In this document: positions 7,417 through 16,681 of the stretch, piece by piece | How positions within the stretch are numbered: the first letter of the stretch is position 1 | How the letters are laid out: the number at the start of each line of letters is the position of its first letter | Source: a virus | Taxonomy: Duplodnaviria > Caudoviricetes | Length of the DNA: 64,000 bases | Reading direction: 5' to 3' (one strand) | IMG/VR virus record: IMGVR_UViG_3300031992_000038 | Span: 1-64,000 of that record | Program-made: the position numbers and the translations under genes | Notes under the pieces: generated by a model | What the model was told of the DNA's origin: nothing | The model's input: the letters and a program-made list of their open reading frames with translations, nothing else | Database searches by the model: none

Positions 7417-10079
7417 AACTTGCCTCCGTAGATGTGGATCCTCTTGTCGGTCGGGTCCCAAGTCTTGTCAAGGTAGTTCACAAGGAACTTGAAGTTTCCG
7501 TTTACGTCGACATCGGCCGGATTGTCCTGTCCGTTGTTGAGTTTGAACACACCGCCGTAGACGTTGATCGTCGCTTTTGAACTTCCGAGATACAATGTGT
7601 GGGTGTTGCCCTCGAAGGTGCCGTTCATAATGTTGATGGTCGAGTTTCCGTCCGCCCAAAGACCGTAACTGCGCGTGCTCTTGAACGTGCCGTTTCCGTC
7701 TATTGTCAGGTTGACAGAACCCCTTGTCATTATTCCGCTGTTGGCGTCGTCTATCGTGAGCGTCCTCCCGTTCATGTCGAGTTTCGAGTTGCCTGACGCG
7801 ATGATTCCGTACACGATTCTGGCCCTTGTGATGTCCTCATCCATTACCGTTATACCCGGACTGAGCAGAGCTGAGTTCAGTGACGGACCGTCAGAAACAT
7901 GCGTCTCCTTGCATGACACGGTGTAATCCGTGTTGTTTGAAACCTCACCAATTCGGTTCTCCACCGCGATGTCGTTCACGATGACATTACCTTTCTCGAC
8001 GACAAGTTTGTTGATGTGAGCGTTCTGTGTGACTATCAGCGTGTCAGCGCCTACGTTCGAGGTCAACTCGTTCCACTGTCCCTTGTTCAGTGTCACGGTC
8101 GAGTTTGGCGCATTGATTGTCGCAGACGGAACATTACCGTTCTCTTCAGTGTTTGCGTTCGCTATGCCGAGGTTGGCTGATGTGTCAGAAGCGATGACAG
8201 AACCGTCAGCGAATGTCACACCTGATATCGTGTTGTTCTTGGTCAGTCCGTCCTCGTTGTCCACAACCACACTGTTTGCTGTCAGGGTTGTGTTCGAAAC
8301 GGCCGACAACGACGCGTTATGGAGTGTTATCGTGTTAAAATCGCCACTCATCTTTACGCTTGTCACTGAACCGCTCTCAGTCGCCGGCGCCGGTGATTCG
8401 ACTGTGACCGACACAGGTTCTTCTGAAGTGTTGTTCAAGGTAAAAGACTTCGGGCTTGACAGCGTCACGGTCGCGTTGTCCTGAATCGGCGCTGTCACAG
8501 ACATTGACTTGGTTGTCTCCGGGATAGTCACGTCGCCAAGCTCACCCTCAGTTATTGTGACTGAAGTGTTAGTGTCAGACAGTGTGCTTTCCACATAGTC
8601 AGCGTTGATTGACGTTGCGGCGTCTCCGGTGACCACTGAATGCACCGCTTCCAGAAGCGCGGCGTACTTGCCGTTCAGTTCGTCATACTTGTCTGTTGTG
8701 ACGTAATTTTCCATGTCCGGGAGGTCCGTTGTCTTGGCGAACGCGTCATGGTCAATGTTCTCAAGCGCAGATATCCTGTCACCGAGAGCTCCGTCCTTCT
8801 CGTCGACATATGCGGTCTTCGCGTATTCCGACAGGTCCTGATGCTCGGTAAGATATCCTTTTTCGGCAAGTTCACTCTCCGTCACGTATTCAGACAGGTC
8901 CTGATGCTCGGTAAGGTATCCTTTCTCGTCAAGTTCAGTCTCCGTCACGTATTCAGACGGGACCTCGGTCAAGTATTCACCCTTAGGCTGGTAAGTCTCT
9001 TCTGCGGCGGCAACTTTGAGGTACTCACCCATATCCGGGAGGTCCGCTGTCTTGGCGAACGCGTCGTGGTCAATGTTCTCAAGCGCAGATATCCTGTCAC
9101 CGAGAGCTCCGTCCTTCTCGTCGACATATGACGTTGACGCCTTTTCTGACAATGTGCTCACGATACCGGCAACCGCATCCGTGTTGTCGTTCAATGCGTC
9201 AGAAATCTCCTTGAGCGTGTCAAGCGCCTCAGGAGCGTCGCCCACCAGCTGACTTATCTTGGTGTCGACATATTCGGTCTTCGCGTATTCCGACAAGTCC
9301 TGATGCTCTGTCAGATAACCCTTCTCGTCAAGTTCAGTCTCCGTGACATATTCGGACGGGACCTCGGTCAAGTATTCGCCCTTGGGCTGGTAAGTCTCTT
9401 CGGCGGCAGCAACTTTGAGGTACTCATCCATGTTCGGAAGATCATCAGTCTTTGCGTATGCGTCAAGCTGTTCCGTCTTGGCGTATGCGTCAAGGTCTTC
9501 GGCCTTTGCGTACGCGTCAAGCTGTTCCGTCTTGGCGTATGCTTCAAGGTCCTCGGTCTTTGCGTACGCGTCAAGGTCTTCGGTCTTGGCATATGGTTCA
9601 AGCGCGGTGTTCACGTCGTCCATTGTGACGAACGCTGACGTGTCTGGCATCTCAGGAAGTTCATCCTTCTTGACGAATGTTTCGTCGGCATCCTGCTTGG
9701 TGTAAACGTCGTCAACGTTTGCCTTTGAAGCAAGTGCATCATTCAGAGCGCCCAGACCTGTCTCGCTGTCAGTCAGTACAGCGGCGATCTCCTTGATTGT
9801 GTCAAGATCCTCAGGCGCACTTCCGACAAGATTCTCGATTGCCGTGTTCACCTTTTCGTCAGCGATATTGCCGGCTTCTTCCCTGTCAACCTTGTTGGTC
9901 TCGATGTCGTCTATTTTGGCCGCAACCTCACTGAGCGTGTCCATTTCCTCGGGGGCATTGTCCACAACGCCGCTTACCGCGTTGTTAACCATCTCCTGCA
10001 GAGGAGCGTTTTTGTCGTATTCGGCATTCCTGACGCTCAAGTCAGAATACCCGTAGCCATATATAAGTTCTTCCTTCAT
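7290..10079 (-). CDS. Repeat-rich tail fibre/virion appendage-like protein
   Basis: APEALDTLKEI-type motifs (three copies), LDAYAKTE 9-aa repeats, GYLTEHQDLSEY repeats, beta-rich C-terminus; TATTTAT at 10100-10106 supports the ATG at 10079. Confidence 0.7.
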   Translation of the reverse strand: MKEELIYGYGYSDLSVRNAEYDKNAPLQEMVNNAVSGVVDNAPEEMDTLSEVAAKIDDIETNKVDREEAGNIADEKVNTAIENLVGSAPEDLDTIKEIAAVLTDSETGLGALNDALASKANVDDVYTKQDADETFVKKDELPEMPDTSAFVTMDDVNTALEPYAKTEDLDAYAKTEDLEAYAKTEQLDAYAKAEDLDAYAKTEQLDAYAKTDDLPNMDEYLKVAAAEETYQPKGEYLTEVPSEYVTETELDEKGYLTEHQDLSEYAKTEYVDTKISQLVGDAPEALDTLKEISDALNDNTDAVAGIVSTLSEKASTSYVDEKDGALGDRISALENIDHDAFAKTADLPDMGEYLKVAAAEETYQPKGEYLTEVPSEYVTETELDEKGYLTEHQDLSEYVTESELAEKGYLTEHQDLSEYAKTAYVDEKDGALGDRISALENIDHDAFAKTTDLPDMENYVTTDKYDELNGKYAALLEAVHSVVTGDAATSINADYVESTLSDTNTSVTITEGELGDVTIPETTKSMSVTAPIQDNATVTLSSPKSFTLNNTSEEPVSVTVESPAPATESGSVTSVKMSGDFNTITLHNASLSAVSNTTLTANSVVVDNEDGLTKNNTISGVTFADGSVIASDTSANLGIANANTEENGNVPSATINAPNSTVTLNKGQWNELTSNVGADTLIVTQNAHINKLVVEKGNVIVNDIAVENRIGEVSNNTDYTVSCKETHVSDGPSLNSALLSPGITVMDEDITRARIVYGIIASGNSKLDMNGRTLTIDDANSGIMTRGSVNLTIDGNGTFKSTRSYGLWADGNSTINIMNGTFEGNTHTLYLGSSKATINVYGGVFKLNNGQDNPADVDVNGNFKFLVNYLDKTWDPTDKRIHIYGGKFYGFNPMVSYGEPNGPVNLLEDGYTVNESVEDGVKVYEVVKA
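8717..9590. repeat. Internal direct repeats in the fibre gene
   Basis: Near-identical ~95-bp blocks (~8717-8812 and ~9035-9130), ~130-bp blocks (~8895-9030 and ~9297-9430) and tandem 27-bp units at ~9450-9590. Confidence 0.85.
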
Positions 10080-10280
10080 AATTTGAAACTTTATCACTAA
10101 TAAATATGGACTACAGAAACTACTGAAAACTGTTGTTTTTTGCCTCAAGGATGACGGCACATTATTTATGAAGGATGCGCGGCGTCAAAATCACACGGCG
10201 GCGGGGAGTCAATTTTCCGCCCACGGGCCTGTTTCCGCGCATCATGACGGGCCCACAAAATAATCAAGAAAAACAACATT

Positions 10281-10733
10281 ATGAGAAGACGAACACTAAT
10301 GAGAGCCCTGATTGCGCTGCTGATGTCATTCACCGCACTCTTCACCATGGCTCAGGACGCCTATGGCGACACGACGAAAAATGAACAATGGCAACTGCTC
10401 ATAAGGGCGATTAGCGCAGTAGAGAGTGGTAACAATCCTAAGGCCGTGAACGGCCAGCACGCCGGACTGCTTCAGATATCACCGGTGTGCGTGAGAGAAT
10501 GCAACAACATCGCGGGATACAAGAAGTACACCTACAATGACAGGTTCAGTGCTGAAAAGTCAATCGAAATGTTCGAGTTGATACAGTCAAAGTACAACCC
10601 CGGCCGCGACATAGAGAGGGCCGCAAGACTGTGGAATGGGGGAATGGGAGGAGTCCTGCACCCGAAGAGGACGGACAGATACTACCGAGCGGTAAAAAAG
10701 AAGATGGATCAACTGTCAGCGGATAGAGATTGA
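10281..10733 (+). CDS. Lysozyme-like/lytic transglycosylase with N-terminal signal or anchor
   Basis: AISAVES (catalytic Glu), GLLQI and ARLWNGG motifs; hydrophobic N-terminus. Confidence 0.75.
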   Translation: MRRRTLMRALIALLMSFTALFTMAQDAYGDTTKNEQWQLLIRAISAVESGNNPKAVNGQHAGLLQISPVCVRECNNIAGYKKYTYNDRFSAEKSIEMFELIQSKYNPGRDIERAARLWNGGMGGVLHPKRTDRYYRAVKKKMDQLSADRD

Positions 10734-10838
10734 AAAAAAAAGGGAATGATATACTATTTGTCCTTCCTAATCTTTTAAGATAAATATCATTAAAACTCAA
10801 ATGCGGCCAAACTGACCGCATTTTCTGTATTTACAGGC

Positions 10839-10846
10839 TATTTATA
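10839..10846 (+). promoter_or_regulatory. Putative phage late promoter TATTTAT (representative site)
   Basis: On the sense strand upstream of about 15 structural or leader-bearing genes (positions listed in findings). Confidence 0.65.
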
Positions 10847-10862
10847 AGAAAAAGACTTGATT

Positions 10863-11315
10863 ATGAAGAAGACTATTAAACTTAGTGAATCAGACTTACA
10901 TAGGATTGTGAACGAATCTGTAAAAAGAATCCTAATGGAAGATTGGGAAAGCCCATTGCAACAATATAAAAACTCACCATATCCACCCGTTAATTTAACG
11001 ATAAAAGGAAAAATTGATGATTTTGACCGTACAAAAGGTTATGATTACCAATTTGACAAATCGTCTGATACGAATACAAACCATCGAGAACCAACGGCAT
11101 CTGATAAATTGAGAAAATACGGAAGCCTTAGAGGTGCTGCTATGCGATATAGAGTCAGCAATGGAAGGAATGCCGAAATAGGTGATGCTTTGATAGAATA
11201 CGGAATAGAGCAAGGTATTGAACGGGGAAATAAGTCGGATGAGCAATACGCATGGTTTATCGCAAAACTAATTGCTTCAAGGCAGATTCCATTTGACGAA
11301 AATAGCGAATATTAA
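10863..11315 (+). CDS. IS passenger protein with leader MKKTIKLSESDLHRIVNESVKRILME
   Basis: AT-rich ORF inside the TIRs; TATTTATA at 10839-10846; its stop overlaps the transposase stop (TTAA). Confidence 0.8.
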   Translation: MKKTIKLSESDLHRIVNESVKRILMEDWESPLQQYKNSPYPPVNLTIKGKIDDFDRTKGYDYQFDKSSDTNTNHREPTASDKLRKYGSLRGAAMRYRVSNGRNAEIGDALIEYGIEQGIERGNKSDEQYAWFIAKLIASRQIPFDENSEY

Positions 11316-12256
11316 CCCACCATCTTCACGTCCCAATAACGGACGATACCGATGGACTTTTCGAACATCATACGGAAGCGGCTCTCAGGGGTCGCTTCCC
11401 TTGTATTCCAACGGAACAACTGCTCGTCAATGTACCTCTGAAGATAGGTCTTGCTGACAAAGTGGTACGTGCCGAAAATCACATGCTTGAAATGCGCCCA
11501 AAAGCCCTCAACGCTGTTGGTGTGGATACCATTGGGACGAACAAACTCCTTCTTGCCGTGACTTACATAGTCGTGACGGAAACCCGCCTTGGTCAGTCCC
11601 TGATACGAAACCAATTCATCGGTCAACAGGTGTGCATTCTCACGGATGAACTGCTTGATAATGGGCATCAAGGTCTTGGCCTTGGTATCCTCGACCTTCA
11701 TGACAACGGTCTTACCATCACGCTGTAGCATACCGAAAATAGGGGTCTTGGTCTTGGTGGAGCGACCCTGTGTGCCTTCGGTCTTCTTGCTTTCGTGCTT
11801 GTTGATTTCACGGCCACCAAGGTACATTTCGTCCATTTCCACGTCACCGTCAAGGGCAACGGCATCGTCCTGTGCGTACAGGGTACGGATTTTGTGCAGC
11901 ATGTACCAAGCTGTTTTCTGAGTAACCTCGCAGTCACGGGCGAGTTGGTGAGAGGAAACGCCCTTCTTGTGTGAGGAAACGAGGTACATGGCGATGAACC
12001 ACTTACTCAGAGGCAAGTTGCTGCTTTCAAAGATAGTGCCGACCTTACAGGAGAAGTTATGCTTGCACTTGTTGCAACGGAAACGGCCATCGGTGCGCTT
12101 TACGCAGTGATGCTCACCGCAGATTGGGCAGATAACATCGTCACCCCAACGTGCTTCGGTGAGGGTGTCGATGCAGGTCTGCTCGTTGCTGAAGTGACGG
12201 ATGACCGAAACAAGGCTCTTAAACCCAGTGAAATCTATGTTATTCATGACCTTCAT
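11312..12256 (-). CDS. IS1595 (ISXO2-like) DDE transposase
   Basis: Zn ribbon CPICG...FRCNKC, VEMDEMYLGG, LLTDE, HTNSVEGFW, YIDEQLFRWN. Confidence 0.93.
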   Translation of the reverse strand: MKVMNNIDFTGFKSLVSVIRHFSNEQTCIDTLTEARWGDDVICPICGEHHCVKRTDGRFRCNKCKHNFSCKVGTIFESSNLPLSKWFIAMYLVSSHKKGVSSHQLARDCEVTQKTAWYMLHKIRTLYAQDDAVALDGDVEMDEMYLGGREINKHESKKTEGTQGRSTKTKTPIFGMLQRDGKTVVMKVEDTKAKTLMPIIKQFIRENAHLLTDELVSYQGLTKAGFRHDYVSHGKKEFVRPNGIHTNSVEGFWAHFKHVIFGTYHFVSKTYLQRYIDEQLFRWNTREATPESRFRMMFEKSIGIVRYWDVKMVG

Positions 12257-12400
12257 ACTATGTTTTCTATTATTATAGTACAAAGGTACTAGAAAATCCA
12301 GCAAAAACGGGAATATTTTTAGCTAAAGAAAGCTAGCAATCAGCTAATTAAAGCTAACGAGAGGATTTGGGGACAAATAGTATATCATTCCCAAAAAAAA

Positions 12401-12420
12401 TGGCGGCAACAATGCCGCCA
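12401..12420. terminator. Terminator hairpin adjoining the IS target site
   Basis: TGGCGGCA-acaa-TGCCGCCA next to A8 (U-tract for the minus-strand gene). Confidence 0.7.
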
Positions 12421-12428
12421 TAAGTGTT

Positions 12429-13091
12429 TCATCTACGATAGTAAGTGTTGTAGACATCCTGAGTCAGACCATGGTCGAGCAGCACCGGCATCGCCCCTCC
12501 GTCACGTTTGGCAAGACCCCAGTTCCTGATGGCGACAATGTCGGCGTTCTCCTCTTGCGAGTTGCACAAGTAATCCTCCAGGTCGCTGAAGAACTCAAGC
12601 TCGTCGGTAAGTTCGGAATACCTTTCATCTGACATCTCTATATGCCGCCAACCGCCATACCGCGAATACCTTGCGAAAGTCGTGTAACAGAAATCTACAA
12701 ATTCGTCAAACGTCACACCCAGGCACGCCTTGAAGTCAGACCTTTTTGCCGGCAGCACATACTCGCACTCAATCCACATGTCGTTATCGTAGTCGGCCGA
12801 GAATATCCTCGGGAAAATGTCGTATCTCTGTTTCCATCCCTCCGATTCAACCCTGTTCTGCGCCGTCCCCTTCTCGTTTTTGGCGAGTTTCAGACATCTT
12901 TCGTCGTCAATCTGGAAAACCATCCGCGACGACCCGTTCCCTATCGGCTGGCCGAGATGCTCCTTGCAGTATCTGACTTTTCCGGCGTATGTCCGGATTG
13001 ACTCAAGTTCATCTGTGCTGAACTTGCCGTCTGTCGCCTCATTCAGTATGCGTGATTGCTGCTCTTCTGTCAACACTATTACTTTGTCCAT
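12429..13091 (-). CDS. Protein-kinase-like protein with leader
   Basis: IGNGSSRMVF Gly loop, CLKLAK, QNRVE, ADI..RNWG and LLDHG; leader VIVLTEEQQSRILNEA. Confidence 0.65.
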   Translation of the reverse strand: MDKVIVLTEEQQSRILNEATDGKFSTDELESIRTYAGKVRYCKEHLGQPIGNGSSRMVFQIDDERCLKLAKNEKGTAQNRVESEGWKQRYDIFPRIFSADYDNDMWIECEYVLPAKRSDFKACLGVTFDEFVDFCYTTFARYSRYGGWRHIEMSDERYSELTDELEFFSDLEDYLCNSQEENADIVAIRNWGLAKRDGGAMPVLLDHGLTQDVYNTYYRR

Positions 13092-15491
13092 TCAAATGTC
13101 CGCTGATGTCAGGGTCGAACCCTTGCCGCGGCCTCCGTCTATAATTAGCGTCGCCACGTCATCTATCACCGACTGCACGGCGCGTTTGACCGGACGTCCG
13201 CCCATCTTTCCGTCCCCGACCGAGTCCATGACCCTCTTCTTGGCCTTTTCGACAAAACTTCCGTCTACCGTGAGTCCCGCCTTTTCTATCTTTTTCACCG
13301 CGGCGGATATCTCTATGTCGGCAATCTTCGAGAGGTCATCGGGCGACAGCGGCTTGAACATGATGACGTCATCCACGCGGTTCATGAACTCCGGCTTGAA
13401 TTTTCTCCTTATGGCGTTCCTGTACACGCTCTCCGACATCCCCGTGTTCGGCGTGAACCCGATTCCGTCACCCCGGGCGGCGGCCTCAGACGCGCCGACG
13501 TTGGACGTCATGATTATGATTGTGTCCCCGAAGTCGACTGTGACACCCTTGTTGTCAGTCAGCCGTCCGTCGTCGAACACTTGGAGAAGAACGTCATGTA
13601 CTTCGTCTGCCGCCTTCTCGACCTCATCCAGCAATATGACGCATTTGCCCTTCTTCTTCACCGCCTCAGTCAGTTGCCCACCGTTCTCGTAGCCTACATA
13701 CCCCGGCGCAGAACCGTAAAGCTTGTTGACGGACATCTTGTCGCCGTATTCGCTCATGTCCAGCCTGACCATCGATTTCTCGTCTCCGAACACCTCCTCG
13801 GCGAGTTTCTTGGCCGTGTGCGTCTTGCCGGTGCCGGTGCTTCCGATAAACATGAAGACTGATGGTTTCCCGTGGTCAGAAAGTCCGGCAGACTGCCTTC
13901 TGACAACTTTTGACACCCTCTCAACCGCTTCATCCTGTCCGATGACCTTGGCCGACAGACGCTCGTAAAGGTTCTTTGTCGCGTCCGGTGAAGTCGGGGC
14001 GGAACCATTGCCGCACCGTCCGTTTATGACATCGTCAATGTCATCTTCGGTGATGTCTTGCGACCTTTCGGACATTTTCTCCTGTTTCTCAAGGAACGAC
14101 AGATGGTTTTTGAGTTCAAGCAGTTGGAAGTCGATGCGGTTTATGTCCTCTTCCGTGTACCTTGACGGGTGGTCCACGGTGTCCCTCCTGAGCGCAAGAC
14201 CCTCGTCAAGTTTCTTTTTCGCGTCCATCATCTCGGGACTGTCACCGTCCATCACGCTCTTTCGTGCCCCGGCCTCGTCGAGCAGGTCATATATGGTGTC
14301 CGGCAGCACGCATTGCTTCATCCGCTTCTTTGCCGTTTCCGTGCAGTGCCGTATAACCTCGCGCGAGAACCGCACGCCGTGGAAATCCTCCAGCGGACGT
14401 TTCGACGAGTCAACTATGTCGACACACTCTTCCACACTTTTCTCTTCCAGGTCGACACGGCAGAACCTGCGCTTGAAGAACGGGTTCGACTCGATGAGCG
14501 AAGAGTAATCTTTCGGTGTCGCAGTGCATATGAACAATATGTTGCGGTCACTCAGCATCATGTCCATGATGGTTTCTATCCCCATGTCGCTGTAGTGGGC
14601 GTCATCCGACAGTGCACTGCGTATATTGTCAATGAAGAACACGTAGCAGTCACGGCCGTGCGCCTCGTTGACCACAGACTTGAACTGTTCTTCAAATATG
14701 CCCTTTATGCCGTTGGACGGCATCAGGTCCGCAAGTTTCATCTCCATGAGTTTCCTGTTCGACAGGAACTGCGGCACATCACCGCTGACAAAGAGGTTCG
14801 CGATATGTTTCACCGTCGACGTCTTTCCGACGCCCGGCTCACCGACGAGCACGACATTGTTACGCTCGCGCCGCGCCCACACCGTGAATATAGAGTTAAG
14901 GACAGAACCGTTTCCGAACACCGGAGGAATGTTTCCGCGCTCAGCGGCCACGTTCAGGTTGGTCAACAAGTTCTCGACATAGGAGTTCGTCATGATTTTC
15001 TCTTGTCTCTGCGACTCCGCGGCAGAGGTCTCTTCGTTGTCCGGGTTCTCTTCGTATCCCCTACGTCGCTTCGACTCTTCGAGCATCTGTTTCTTGGTTA
15101 TTCCGTATCGCGACGCTATCTTGTTGGCGAACTGGCTCAGCGACAGCATGACTGACCAGAACTCGGTCGACGTGTGCGAATCCTTTCCGTCCTTGCACAT
15201 CCGCTTCATTATCGCGTCGAACTTCTGCGAGTACTCCGCTCCGTCAGAACCTGTCCCGCTGTCAGAATCTCCGCTGTTCCTCAGATGCGTGTCAAGCTCT
15301 TCAGTCATCTTGGCATAGTCGCTTGTGAGCGTTATGGACCTAAGCACAGAGTTGGCCTCGCAGTCGTCATATTCAAGAGTCCCGAGCATGAACGGCACAA
15401 CGTCTATCTTGTCGATGCCATAGCGTGGCGCTACCTCCTCGCGCACATACTTGAGCAATGCCGCCAACTCGGGAGAAATACTGTATTCCAT
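13092..15491 (-). CDS. ClpC/ClpA-type double AAA+ chaperone
   Basis: GEPGVGKT, GSTGTGKT, RLDMSEY, GYVGY, LLDEVEKA, DGRLTD and a GIGF ClpP-docking loop. Confidence 0.9.
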   Translation of the reverse strand: MEYSISPELAALLKYVREEVAPRYGIDKIDVVPFMLGTLEYDDCEANSVLRSITLTSDYAKMTEELDTHLRNSGDSDSGTGSDGAEYSQKFDAIMKRMCKDGKDSHTSTEFWSVMLSLSQFANKIASRYGITKKQMLEESKRRRGYEENPDNEETSAAESQRQEKIMTNSYVENLLTNLNVAAERGNIPPVFGNGSVLNSIFTVWARRERNNVVLVGEPGVGKTSTVKHIANLFVSGDVPQFLSNRKLMEMKLADLMPSNGIKGIFEEQFKSVVNEAHGRDCYVFFIDNIRSALSDDAHYSDMGIETIMDMMLSDRNILFICTATPKDYSSLIESNPFFKRRFCRVDLEEKSVEECVDIVDSSKRPLEDFHGVRFSREVIRHCTETAKKRMKQCVLPDTIYDLLDEAGARKSVMDGDSPEMMDAKKKLDEGLALRRDTVDHPSRYTEEDINRIDFQLLELKNHLSFLEKQEKMSERSQDITEDDIDDVINGRCGNGSAPTSPDATKNLYERLSAKVIGQDEAVERVSKVVRRQSAGLSDHGKPSVFMFIGSTGTGKTHTAKKLAEEVFGDEKSMVRLDMSEYGDKMSVNKLYGSAPGYVGYENGGQLTEAVKKKGKCVILLDEVEKAADEVHDVLLQVFDDGRLTDNKGVTVDFGDTIIIMTSNVGASEAAARGDGIGFTPNTGMSESVYRNAIRRKFKPEFMNRVDDVIMFKPLSPDDLSKIADIEISAAVKKIEKAGLTVDGSFVEKAKKRVMDSVGDGKMGGRPVKRAVQSVIDDVATLIIDGGRGKGSTLTSADI

Positions 15492-15599
15492 TTATGAAAT
15501 CGTGTTTATGTTAAAATAACATAAAGAAAATGTTTAATTCAATACAACACTTGTCCATGTCGGGAAGATTGATTACTTTTGCGGAAAACTTAAAACATA

Positions 15600-16109
15600 A
15601 TGATAGCATACAACAAATACACGGACAACAGGGACCATACATGGTACAACAGTTCAAACGTGATTTACAGCAAGTGCATAGACACCGACACGGATTTGAA
15701 GACACTTGAGATAGTGTTCAAACAGGGCCGCACATACCTGTACCGGGACGTCACGGTGGACGACTACATCATGTTCAAGAATGCCGGGAGCAACGGGGAG
15801 GCGTTCAACAAGTTCATCAGAAAGTACGACTGTGTCAGACTGCCGGACACCGACCTTGACGAACTGTCCAAACTTATGGAAACGTTCCAAAAGGAGGACG
15901 GAGAGACGTCAGAGGCATTCAGCAACCTTCAGTACGCGCTCGCCGTTGACGACAGAACCGGAGAGTTCGAGCTGCGTCTGAACGGACGGACGATATTCAG
16001 CGGAATCGAGGGGAAGGTTTCGATCGTCAGACTTCTCAAGTCCATGTGCATAGCATACACGATGATAGATAAAACAACAACGGAGGACGGAGATGGAAGT
16101 GAGCATTAA
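15600..16109 (+). CDS. KTSC-domain-like protein
   Basis: SSNV..., LEIVFKQGRTYLYRDV, SNGEAFNKFIR. Confidence 0.7.
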   Translation: MIAYNKYTDNRDHTWYNSSNVIYSKCIDTDTDLKTLEIVFKQGRTYLYRDVTVDDYIMFKNAGSNGEAFNKFIRKYDCVRLPDTDLDELSKLMETFQKEDGETSEAFSNLQYALAVDDRTGEFELRLNGRTIFSGIEGKVSIVRLLKSMCIAYTMIDKTTTEDGDGSEH

Positions 16110-16677
16110 AAGAATAAGCGGATGGGAGAACGTGCTTGACGCCGCAAGGTTCACGGTCAACAAACCTGATTTGGAGAAAGAACCGTCACGCACATTCAAG
16201 ACGGACGTGCTTATGGCCGAGCACTCGCCTATACGTTCATTGATATATGTCATAACAATACATGATGTGCCGACTTGGGTTTCACAGCACCTTGCACGGC
16301 ATGACGCGTTCGCAGGGCACAATGTGAGGGAAGGGGCGTCGGACACACATTACGTGGCCACCCAACGCGGTGACCGGACAGGTGAGGACAGAAACAAGAA
16401 ACCACAGGATACACCGGTTAGCCACCGGATACTTTTGAACGCGCAGGATCTTATCACCATCTCACGCAGGCGTCTGTGCTCTTGCGCGTCGGCAGAAACA
16501 AGGCGACTGTGGAAGATGATACGTGATGAGGTGAGAAAAATTGATCCGGAGGTTGCAGACTGCATGGTGTGCGAGTGCGTGTACCGCGGGTTCTGTCCGG
16601 AGATATCGTCATGCGGTTTTGCCGGCACATCGGCATACAAGAAAGAATTAGAGGAATACCGGACGCAAAAATTGTAA
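16093..16677 (+). CDS. thyX: FAD-dependent thymidylate synthase
   Basis: EHSPIR, VSQHLARH, TQR, RRRLCSCA, CVYRGFCPE. Confidence 0.8.
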   Translation: MEVSIKRISGWENVLDAARFTVNKPDLEKEPSRTFKTDVLMAEHSPIRSLIYVITIHDVPTWVSQHLARHDAFAGHNVREGASDTHYVATQRGDRTGEDRNKKPQDTPVSHRILLNAQDLITISRRRLCSCASAETRRLWKMIRDEVRKIDPEVADCMVCECVYRGFCPEISSCGFAGTSAYKKELEEYRTQKL

Positions 16678-16681
16678 TGTC

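Larger units (their letters stand above)
10742..12392. mobile_element. Intact IS1595-family element with passenger gene (1651 bp)
   Basis: Perfect 22-bp TIRs GGGAATGATATACTATTTGTCC (10742-10763 and 12371-12392); A8 target-site duplication (10734-10741 and 12393-12400). Confidence 0.93.

Noticed and set aside
10166-10260. GC-rich intergenic patch as a possible ncRNA or tRNA
   Set aside because: No cloverleaf or recognisable RNA family; no tRNA or rRNA gene was recognised anywhere in the window.
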